Of a DNA stretch of 64,000 nucleotides, positions 39,929-48,068 are shown piece after piece. Each line of letters begins with the position of its first letter. Position 1 is the first letter of the stretch. The translations under genes and the position numbers were made by a program. The DNA lies in the NCBI GenBank assembly GCA_028284865.1, contig JANQQV010000024.1, positions 140,218-204,217 on the forward strand. The letters are read 5' to 3'. The notes under the pieces are model-generated. The model was not told the origin of the DNA. It saw nothing but the letters and a program-made list of their open reading frames with translations, and ran no database searches. This stretch comes from Rhodothermales bacterium. Its GTDB lineage: Bacteria; Bacteroidota; Rhodothermia; Rhodothermales; UBA10348.

Positions 39929-40810
39929 CTATGCGCGGATCATGCGATTGCGTTGACGGAAGAATCGGATCAGCGGGTCGACATAGCCTTCATCGGTGAT
40001 GATGGGAATCGTGTCGACTTTCAGCCGGCGAAAGATCCGTGTCAGCGCAAGCGCTCTCGAACGAGCTTCTTGCTCGTAGTGGTCCCGGACGTCGTGGCTG
40101 GAGGTATCGATCAACACCCGTTCGCCAGTCTCGGCATCCGTGACTTCCATGAGGCCGACTTCGGGAAGCTCCTGTTCAACCGGATCCGTCAAGTGTACTG
40201 CAATCGTGTCATGGCGACGAGCCACCGCACGAAGAGCCGGTTCGAATCCATCGTCGATGAAATCGCTCATCAACATGACGATCGAGCGGCGATTCAGGAC
40301 ATGGACGAGATGGTTGAGTGCCACCTTCAGATCCGTGCCCGTTGACTGTTGCTCATGGGCGAACAGGTCGCGAATCAGGCGCAGGACGTGTTTTCGCCCC
40401 TTCTTGGGGGGGACAAACAGCTCGACCTGGTCCGAGAACAACAGCAAGCCAACCTTGTCATTGTTCTGAATGGCTGAGAAAGCAACCACAGCGCAGATTT
40501 CAGCGGCGATCTCACGTTTGAACGCGCTCGCGGAAGCGAAATCCTCGGATCCAGAGACGTCCACGGCCAGGATGACCGTCTGCTCTCGCTCCTCCTCGAA
40601 TACCTTGATGAAGGTCTCGGGATAGCGCGCCGAGACGTTCCAGTCGATGTTGCGGACGTCATCGCCGAACTGATACGGTCGCACTTCGGCGAAGTCCATC
40701 CCGGTGCCCTTGAACGCTGAATGGTATTCACCACCAAAGATGTTGCTGACGAGACCCTTGGTCCGGATCTCGATCTGGCGAATACGTTTGAACAGCTCCT
40801 TGGGGATCAT
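39929..40810 (-). CDS. DUF58 domain protein (MoxR-associated family)
   Basis: 293 aa, FKGTGMDFAEVRPYQFGDDVRNIDW signature of DUF58, degenerate vWA-like fold. Confidence 0.85.
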   Translation of the reverse strand: MIPKELFKRIRQIEIRTKGLVSNIFGGEYHSAFKGTGMDFAEVRPYQFGDDVRNIDWNVSARYPETFIKVFEEEREQTVILAVDVSGSEDFASASAFKREIAAEICAVVAFSAIQNNDKVGLLLFSDQVELFVPPKKGRKHVLRLIRDLFAHEQQSTGTDLKVALNHLVHVLNRRSIVMLMSDFIDDGFEPALRAVARRHDTIAVHLTDPVEQELPEVGLMEVTDAETGERVLIDTSSHDVRDHYEQEARSRALALTRIFRRLKVDTIPIITDEGYVDPLIRFFRQRNRMIRA

Positions 40811-40942
40811 CGTCTGCTTGAATGACCAGCGTTGCCGGCTTTTAGCGCCGGCTTTTCACGTTGAGTGACCGATTAACGAATCAGATCGCAGGATGTTGTC
40901 CGATTGATAGCGGAAAAAGGCAGCGATTTGGGCTGGCTACAA

Positions 40943-41698
40943 TCAGGCGTACAGGTCATCAGGATTCGCCGTATCCAGCTCCACGAGGAAGTCAGCGATT
41001 TCGTCGGTTACCTGTTCCACAAACCGGCGACCTTTCTCAGCCGTCGAGGCAGATGGGTCACCGACGCCGGTATCGTCGGTGACGGCCGTCCAGGGGCGAG
41101 GGGCCCAGATCTTTCGGCTCCGAAGGCCTTCGATGGTGGCTTTGCGCTCATGACCAGAGCCAGCCTGGCTCAGCGCACGCACCCGATCGCCATGGAAGTG
41201 CATCATGACGCTGGTTTCCAGTTCACCCGCGTGATCGCCGGGCGCATCGAATACCTCGTCCGCATTCCCAAGCGTCCACCAATTACACAGACACAGGAAG
41301 ACGTCAGTATGCGCCTGTAATTCCCGGATCACCTGCTTGAAGCCATTCGCGCCATGACCATTGAGAATCATCAGCTTCGGTACACCGGCATCCTCAATCG
41401 ATCCCAGCAGATCGGCCAAAATCTGTATCTGCGTGGACGGATTGACGTTCATCGTGAGCGGGACGTCACGTTGCTGGGTGTGCACGCCAAACGGAACTGC
41501 GGGCAGGACCACAACCCGGGCACCCCGCTGATTGGCCTTGCGGGCAGCCTCATGCGCCACACCCTCCGCCTGCCACGTATCGGTCCCATGCGGCAGGTGC
41601 GTGTTGTGGGCTTCGGTCGCTCCCCAGGGGAGAATCACGGTCTCGACATGTCGATCTCGAATGTCGGCCCAGGTCAGGTATGCGAGTCTGTTTTCCAT
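40943..41698 (-). CDS. Creatininase-family amidohydrolase
   Basis: 251 aa, ILPWGATEAHNTHLPHGTD and NGHGAN metal-binding motifs. Confidence 0.8.
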   Translation of the reverse strand: MENRLAYLTWADIRDRHVETVILPWGATEAHNTHLPHGTDTWQAEGVAHEAARKANQRGARVVVLPAVPFGVHTQQRDVPLTMNVNPSTQIQILADLLGSIEDAGVPKLMILNGHGANGFKQVIRELQAHTDVFLCLCNWWTLGNADEVFDAPGDHAGELETSVMMHFHGDRVRALSQAGSGHERKATIEGLRSRKIWAPRPWTAVTDDTGVGDPSASTAEKGRRFVEQVTDEIADFLVELDTANPDDLYA

Positions 41699-41859
41699 GG
41701 CTCAAAGGCGTTGGGTGGACCGGAATCTACACACCCGCTCGGCGCCGGTCGTGAATTGTTCATCCGGACGCGCCGCGACTTATCCACGTCGTTCGATGCG
41801 GGCCGTAGTCGCAGTATATTCCCGGATCTCCATTCGCCTCGCAACCGAGCCCACATATC

Positions 41860-42558
41860 ATGAAATTCGGCGTCATTGTATTTCCTGGATCCAACTGCGA
41901 TCACGATGCCTACCACGTCGCCAAACACGTCTTTGGTCAGGAGGCCCGGTTCATCTGGCACAAGGAAAACGATCTGGGAGACGTCGATCTCGTGATCGTT
42001 CCGGGTGGTTTTTCCTACGGTGATTACCTGCGGAGCGGAGCCATTGCCCGTTTTTCTCCCATCATGAAGGACGTCGTTAGATTCGCTGGTCAAGGTGGAC
42101 TGGTGATGGGCATCTGCAACGGATTCCAGATCCTGTGCGAATCCGGACTGCTCCCAGGCGCGCTGACGCACAACGAATCGCTTCGATTTGTGTGCAAAGA
42201 TGTTCACCTCAAGACGGAAACGACGGGGAGCGTTTTCACCCAGGGCTTGTCGGCAGGGGACGTTCTTCGCATCCCCGTAGCCCACGGCGAGGGCAACTAC
42301 TTTGCTTCGGATGAGGTGCTGGACGACCTCGAAGCGAATGATCGCGTCGCTTTCCGGTATTGCGACGCCGCGGGTGATGTGACGAAAGAAGCCAATCCCA
42401 ATGGCGCATCACGCAACATTGCGGGCATTCTGAATGCTGAGCGCAATGTGCTGGGGATGATGCCGCATCCCGAGCGTTGTGCAGAAGGCATCCTTGGCAA
42501 CAAGGATGGCGCCCGCATTTTCGAGTCGATCGTGGCCTCAGCCGGGATGGCCGTCTGA
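41860..42558 (+). CDS. purQ: Phosphoribosylformylglycinamidine synthase, glutaminase subunit
   Basis: 232 aa, [14 protein letters not shown], catalytic GICNGFQ, MMPHPER. Confidence 0.92.
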   Translation: MKFGVIVFPGSNCDHDAYHVAKHVFGQEARFIWHKENDLGDVDLVIVPGGFSYGDYLRSGAIARFSPIMKDVVRFAGQGGLVMGICNGFQILCESGLLPGALTHNESLRFVCKDVHLKTETTGSVFTQGLSAGDVLRIPVAHGEGNYFASDEVLDDLEANDRVAFRYCDAAGDVTKEANPNGASRNIAGILNAERNVLGMMPHPERCAEGILGNKDGARIFESIVASAGMAV

Positions 42559-42586
42559 TACGAGTTGCAATACGGCTGAAATGACG

Positions 42587-42628
42587 GCGGGCCGTTGGAC
42601 GTATGTCCAACGGCCCGCTGTGTTTTCT
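42587..42628. terminator. Terminator hairpin between convergent purQ and sdhB
   Basis: Perfect 14-bp stem GCGGGCCGTTGGAC (42587-42600) / GTCCAACGGCCCGC (42605-42618), loop GTAT, then TGTGTTTTCT on the + strand. Confidence 0.8.
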
Positions 42629-42662
42629 ACAGATCAGGTGTTTTTCTACAGCTGGGACTGAA

Positions 42663-43415
42663 TCAGTCTGCCAGCGCCTTCACGTATTCGCGTCGCATGA
42701 TGGCGATGGACGAAATCGAGATGCCTTTCGGACAGACGGCTTCACACTCGGCATGGTTTGAGCAGTCGCCGAAGCCTTCTTTGTCCATCTGGTCGACCAT
42801 GTTGCGGACGCGCGTCTTGCGCTCGGGGTCACCCTGCGGCAGCAAGGACAGCTGAGCGATCTTGGCGGCCGTGAACAGGGACGCAGACGCATTCGGACAC
42901 GCGGCTACACAGGCACCACAGCCGATGCAGGTCGCATAATCCATGGCCAGGTCGGCATTGTACTTGGCAATCGGTAGTGCATTGGCGTCCTGCGCCGCAC
43001 CGGTGTTTGCCGAGATGTACCCACCGGCCGCGATGATGCGATCAAATGCGGAGCGGTCCACGACCAGGTCCTTGATGATCGGGAAGCCTTCTGCACGCCA
43101 GGGCTCGATGACAATCGTATCGCCATCCTTGTAGTGCCGCATGTGCAGCTGGCAGCACGCCGTGCGTTGCTGTGGGCCGTGGGCCATGCCGTCTATGACG
43201 ACACCACACGAGCCACAAATGCCTTCACGGCAATCGTGGTCGAATTCTACAGGGTCTTTGCCCTCCTTGATCAGCTGCTCGTTCAGAACGTCGAGCAGCT
43301 CGAGGAAGGACATGTGCTCATTGGCATCGGGTACCACGTAGGTTTCGAAGCCCCCCTGTGCATCGGGACCCGCCTGACGCCAGACTTTGAGCGTGATGTT
43401 CATGCTGTTTGCCAT
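42663..43415 (-). CDS. sdhB: Succinate dehydrogenase/fumarate reductase iron-sulfur subunit
   Basis: Start at ATG 43415 ([14 protein letters not shown]). Cys clusters [34 protein letters not shown]. Confidence 0.9.
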   Translation of the reverse strand: MANSMNITLKVWRQAGPDAQGGFETYVVPDANEHMSFLELLDVLNEQLIKEGKDPVEFDHDCREGICGSCGVVIDGMAHGPQQRTACCQLHMRHYKDGDTIVIEPWRAEGFPIIKDLVVDRSAFDRIIAAGGYISANTGAAQDANALPIAKYNADLAMDYATCIGCGACVAACPNASASLFTAAKIAQLSLLPQGDPERKTRVRNMVDQMDKEGFGDCSNHAECEAVCPKGISISSIAIMRREYVKALAD

Positions 43416-43435
43416 GTCTAATCGGTTGCTGGGTC

Positions 43436-45349
43436 TTATTTGTAGCTGCGGGTGGTGAGTTCGACGTTTTCGAACTCGAGATTTTCCTTGTGCAGGACGT
43501 GACCGGACTCGGTGTGCTGCCATGCAGACACGAAGGTGAAGTCTTCGTCGTTGCGCATTGCTTCGCCTTCGGCGCTCTGGTACTCCTCGCGGAAGTGACC
43601 GCCACAGGACTCTTCGCGCTCAAGGGCGTCGCGGGCCATCAGCTCTCCGAGTTCGAGGAAGTCGGCCACGCGGCCAGCGAACTCGAGGTTCTTGTTGTAG
43701 GTCGTCGGCTCGCCCGGAACCCGAACGTTCTGCCAGAACTCTTCGCGTAGGGCAGATATCTGATCGATGGCTTTTCGCAGGCCTTCGGCCGTACGCGACA
43801 TCCCAACCTGATCCCAGATGATCTGGCCAAGCTCGCGATGGAATTCCGTTACGGTCTTGGTGCCCTGGATGCTCAGCAGCTTCTTGATGCGCGCGTCTGC
43901 AGCTGATTCAGCCTCGTTGAACGCGTCCTCATCGCCCGTCACAGCCGGGAAGCTGTTGTTGGCGATGTAGTTGCCAAGCGTGTAAGGAATTACGAAGTAG
44001 CCGTCAGCCAGACCCTGCATGAGGGCGGAAGCGCCGAGACGGTTGGCGCCGTGATCCGAAAAGTTGGCTTCGCCGAGGACGAACAGACCGGGTACGGTCG
44101 ATTGCAGTTCGTAATCCACCCAGAGGCCGCCCATCGTGTAGTGAACAGCCGGGAAGATGCGCATGGGCACTTCGTACGGATTTTCGCCCGTAATGCGCTC
44201 ATACATTTCGAACAGGTTGCCGTAGCGGGCTTCGATGACATCGCGACCCAGTCGCTTGATCGAGTCGGCAAAGTCCAGGTACACCGCGAGTCCCGTTTCG
44301 CCGACGCCGCGTCCTTCATCGGTCGCCATCTTGGCGTTCCGGGAGGCCACGTCACGTGGAACGAGGTTGCCGAAACTGGGATAGCGACGTTCGAGGTAGT
44401 AATCGCGATCCTCTTCCGGGATATCCTGCGGACGACGATTGTCGCCCTGTTTTTTCGGTACCCAGACGCGCCCATCATTTCGCAGCGACTCGGACATCAG
44501 CGTCAGTTTCGATTGGTAGTCGCCCGAGACCGGGATACATGTCGGGTGAATCTGCGTGTAGCACGGGTTGGCGAAATACGCACCACGCTTGTGACAGCGC
44601 CAGGCTGCAGTCACGTTGGAATTTTTGGCGTTCGTCGACAGATAGTAAACGTTGCCATACCCGCCCGTACAGAGTAGTACTGCGTCGCCGAAGTGGCGCT
44701 CGTATTCGCCCGTCACCAGATTACGCGTGATGATGCCTCGGGCCTTACCGTCCACGATGACGAGGTCGAGCATTTCGCGGCGCGAGTACATATCGATATT
44801 GCCCGCACCGATCTGGCGGCTCATCGCCTGATAAGCACCGAGCAGCAGCTGCTGCCCCGTCTGTCCACGAGCGTAAAACGTACGAGAGACCTGGGCACCA
44901 CCGAAGGATCGGTTGTCGAGCAAACCGCCATATTCACGTGCGAATGGTACACCCTGGGCCACACACTGATCGATGATGTTGTTCGATACCTGAGCCAGGC
45001 GATGCACGTTGGCTTCGCGGCTACGGTAGTCACCGCCCTTGATCGTGTCGTAGAACAACCGCCAGACGGTGTCACCGTCGTTGGGGTAGTTCTTGGCAGC
45101 ATTGATTCCACCCTGTGCAGCAATCGAGTGCGCACGGCGTGGAGAGTCCTGGATGCAGAAGCTCTTTACATGGTAGCCAAGTTCGGCCAGCGTTGCCGCT
45201 GCAGAACCACCCGCCAGTCCGGTTCCAACCACCAAAACGGTGTGCTTACGCTTGTTGGCCGGGTTGACCAGTTTGATCGTGTTCTTGTAATTGTCCCACT
45301 TGTCTTTGAGCGGGCCTGCAGGAATTTTGGAGTCGAGGACCGTTGACAT
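43436..45349 (-). CDS. sdhA: Succinate dehydrogenase/fumarate reductase flavoprotein subunit
   Basis: 637 aa, FAD-binding [12 protein letters not shown], the [10 protein letters not shown] segment (FAD-linking His region), HYTMGG. Confidence 0.93.
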   Translation of the reverse strand: MSTVLDSKIPAGPLKDKWDNYKNTIKLVNPANKRKHTVLVVGTGLAGGSAAATLAELGYHVKSFCIQDSPRRAHSIAAQGGINAAKNYPNDGDTVWRLFYDTIKGGDYRSREANVHRLAQVSNNIIDQCVAQGVPFAREYGGLLDNRSFGGAQVSRTFYARGQTGQQLLLGAYQAMSRQIGAGNIDMYSRREMLDLVIVDGKARGIITRNLVTGEYERHFGDAVLLCTGGYGNVYYLSTNAKNSNVTAAWRCHKRGAYFANPCYTQIHPTCIPVSGDYQSKLTLMSESLRNDGRVWVPKKQGDNRRPQDIPEEDRDYYLERRYPSFGNLVPRDVASRNAKMATDEGRGVGETGLAVYLDFADSIKRLGRDVIEARYGNLFEMYERITGENPYEVPMRIFPAVHYTMGGLWVDYELQSTVPGLFVLGEANFSDHGANRLGASALMQGLADGYFVIPYTLGNYIANNSFPAVTGDEDAFNEAESAADARIKKLLSIQGTKTVTEFHRELGQIIWDQVGMSRTAEGLRKAIDQISALREEFWQNVRVPGEPTTYNKNLEFAGRVADFLELGELMARDALEREESCGGHFREEYQSAEGEAMRNDEDFTFVSAWQHTESGHVLHKENLEFENVELTTRSYK

Positions 45350-45408
45350 AATGTGCGTCGGATGGAGTCGAGTCAGGAGAGTTCGGACGGGTCAATCACC
45401 CGGAATGA

Positions 45409-46107
45409 TCAGATCATCCCGAAATAGAGAGCCAGCGGCATAACGATGAAGCCGAGGCCGATGCCCAGTCCGATCAGGCCGCCAATCGTGTAGATGGCCG
45501 GGGACAGGGAGGGGCGCATGGCACCCAATGACTGCAGGGCGCTCCACACTCCGTGGCGGAGGTGAACGACGAGCAGCAACATGATCGCTGTGTAGCCCCA
45601 CGTGTACCATCCTGTGGCGAACTTTTCACGGACCAGCTTCGCCAGATCGCGCATCTCAACGCCGTCAATCGTGGTCAGGTACGCCGGGTCGCCATTGCCG
45701 GGGCCACCTGGACCGAACTTGAATGAGATGAGGTGGAAGACCAGGAAGACCAAGAGGATGATGCCAGTGATGATCATGCTCCGCGAGCTCGAAGACTGCA
45801 TGCTCGGCTTCCCGGCGCTCTTGTAGACTTTATATCCCTGAGGACGAGCTTTGCGCTTGCCCATCCAGATCTTGACCCCATTGATGGCGTGGGCCAGGAA
45901 GAAAACGACCAGTCCGAGCTCAACCGCGTAAAGAAGCGGTCCGAGGCTCATCAGGAAGTGGGCATACAGGTTGTAGGCATCATCGCCCGAAAACATGGAC
46001 AGGTTGCCGATCATGTGCATGAGCACAAAGAAGGTCAACCCCAGTCCTGTGACCCCCGTGACCAGCTTCTTGCCAATCGGGGAATTCAGGTGGGATGTTA
46101 GACTCAT
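45409..46107 (-). CDS. sdhC: Succinate dehydrogenase/fumarate reductase cytochrome b subunit
   Basis: 232 aa, five hydrophobic helices with conserved His residues. First gene of the sdhC-A-B order. Confidence 0.8.
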   Translation of the reverse strand: MSLTSHLNSPIGKKLVTGVTGLGLTFFVLMHMIGNLSMFSGDDAYNLYAHFLMSLGPLLYAVELGLVVFFLAHAINGVKIWMGKRKARPQGYKVYKSAGKPSMQSSSSRSMIITGIILLVFLVFHLISFKFGPGGPGNGDPAYLTTIDGVEMRDLAKLVREKFATGWYTWGYTAIMLLLVVHLRHGVWSALQSLGAMRPSLSPAIYTIGGLIGLGIGLGFIVMPLALYFGMI

Positions 46108-46260
46108 AACTGGAGGGTCTGCCGGGAAGGTAGGTCAGATGGTTGCGATTCCGGTCGTGCTGTATTCCGGATCGGCAAAGAAGGTACTAAAGAGAAGATT
46201 GCTAGGCTCCCGGGGATTTCCGGGTATCGTCTACATTTAACACGGTGTCCACGGAACCCT

Positions 46261-46283
46261 CAAAAACGGCGTTTCCAGCCGTT
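46261..46283 (-). terminator. Intrinsic terminator of the citrate synthase gene
   Basis: Stem AACGGC (46265-46270) / GCCGTT (46278-46283). On the minus strand it is followed by TTTTTG. 15 nt past the stop codon. Confidence 0.7.
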
Positions 46284-46297
46284 CAGTGGTCGAAATA

Positions 46298-47431
46298 TCA
46301 CCGCTTGGTAGTCCTTCCCTGAGGACCATTGTACGCTGCGCGTGGTCGGATCAGACGATTGTCAGCCCATTGTTCAAGCAAGTGGGCGGTCCATCCAGTG
46401 ATTCTGGCCATGGCGAAGACTGGTGTGAACAGGTCGGTCGGGATGCCCAGCGTCGTGTAGACGGACGCGGAGAAGAAGTCCACGTTGGGGTACAGTCCTT
46501 TTTCTTGCTCCATGGTTTGCATGACCTTGACGCTCATGTCGAACCACTTCCGATTGCCTCGCTCCTCGGCCAGCGCTTCGGACATGTCCCGGAGAATCGC
46601 TGCCCGCGGGTCCAACGTCTTGTAGACGCGGTGTCCGAAACCCATGATGCGGGCCTTTTCGGTCAGTCGCTGCCTGATCCATTCTGCCGGGTCGAGGCCG
46701 CTGCGATCAATGTCTGCCAGCATCTCCATTACTTTGCGATTGGCGCCGCCGTGCAAAGGGCCCTTCAGGGCACCGACGGCTCCGGAAATCCCGGAGTAAA
46801 CGTCTGAGAGAGTGGCTCCGATCACGCGTCCGGTAAACGTCGACGCATTCAATCCATGTTCGGCATGCAGAATCAGACAGGTGTCGAAAATGCGCATAGC
46901 CTCTTCGCCAGGAACCTCCCCACGCAGCATGTAGAGGAAGTTGGCTGCCGTGGCCAGATCCGGGCGCGGGCGAACGAGGGGTTGGCCGTTTCGTCGACGG
47001 TCGAATCCGGCGAGCAGGACCGGGATTTGCGCCGTGAGCCGGATCGACTTCCGGAAATTGGCTTCGGAAGAGGGATCATCGGCCTCGGAATCGAACAGGG
47101 CCAGCGTTGAAATGCCGGTTCGAAGGAACGCCATCGGATCCACATCCTCGGGCGTCATCTCCATCAGTTCCCGTGCCATGGGTGGGAGGGGACGCTCACC
47201 GACCAGCTGGCGCTCCAGATGGTGTTTTTCATCAGCAGTAGGCAGTTCGCCTTGCCAGAGCAGCCAGGCTACTTCCTCGAACGTGCAGTTCTTTGCCAGA
47301 TCTTCGATCGAGTATCCGCGGTAGATCAGTTTCCCTTTCTGACCATCGATGTCGCAGATGCCGGTGTGCAAGGCGATGACGCCTTCCAGTCCTTTCGATT
47401 CCGTGGTTTTATTTCCGGCAGAAGAAGCCAT
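46298..47431 (-). CDS. gltA: Citrate synthase
   Basis: Start at ATG 47431 (MASSAGNKTTESKGLEGV). LILHAEH, GPLHGGAN, GFGHRVYK catalytic motifs. Confidence 0.9.
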   Translation of the reverse strand: MASSAGNKTTESKGLEGVIALHTGICDIDGQKGKLIYRGYSIEDLAKNCTFEEVAWLLWQGELPTADEKHHLERQLVGERPLPPMARELMEMTPEDVDPMAFLRTGISTLALFDSEADDPSSEANFRKSIRLTAQIPVLLAGFDRRRNGQPLVRPRPDLATAANFLYMLRGEVPGEEAMRIFDTCLILHAEHGLNASTFTGRVIGATLSDVYSGISGAVGALKGPLHGGANRKVMEMLADIDRSGLDPAEWIRQRLTEKARIMGFGHRVYKTLDPRAAILRDMSEALAEERGNRKWFDMSVKVMQTMEQEKGLYPNVDFFSASVYTTLGIPTDLFTPVFAMARITGWTAHLLEQWADNRLIRPRAAYNGPQGRTTKR

Positions 47432-48068
47432 GTGAGCACATTCGGATGAAGGTGTGTGCGACCAATCAGGAGGACCCGAACACCCGGCAAACCGAGTATT
47501 CGGCATTCGCGTCGCAACGACTTGCGGGACAATATAAGAGCGGTCCCGGCGGGATCATTCCGAAGGCTCGGGAGATTAAGGTTCCGAAATTGAAGTCCGG
47601 GCTGCACAGTTGCACGACCCCGGCACGCTTTCCCGGAAGGGCTTCCTGCCTGATCATGATCGGTTCAACCGTACTCACCTCCTTCGCTGTGCTGATGATT
47701 GCACACCTGCTCCGCGTGACGGAAGCAGGACGAGCCTTCTCGCGCGCCTGGATGGCAACGATCAGCGGTGATGCGGGTAATCTTGCCGCATTCACACTTC
47801 AAGGGACCCTGACGGATATCTGGGGACAAAACCACGCTGCCGATTTGGGCGCGGAAGGTGTCTCCACCAAGACTCCATTTCCACCATTTGAAACGACGGC
47901 TCGCGGTTGCGATTTGCCGAACGTGGGACGAGATCGGAGCAGAGGATTTTCGATACATGCTGTTTTCGAGGGATTCCTGCTCAGAGGTTATGCTCCGATT
48001 GTCCATCGTGATGAGGCGCTCCCCCCAGGGGATCCGCGGATGCTGTCTTTCGACCAGGACACCCATTC

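Noticed and set aside
47665-48066. 133-aa minus-strand ORF with a Cys-rich C-terminus upstream of rne, called as a CDS
   Set aside because: No recognisable family, unremarkable codon bias and an unclear start. Kept only as an alternative explanation in the finding on the rne upstream region.
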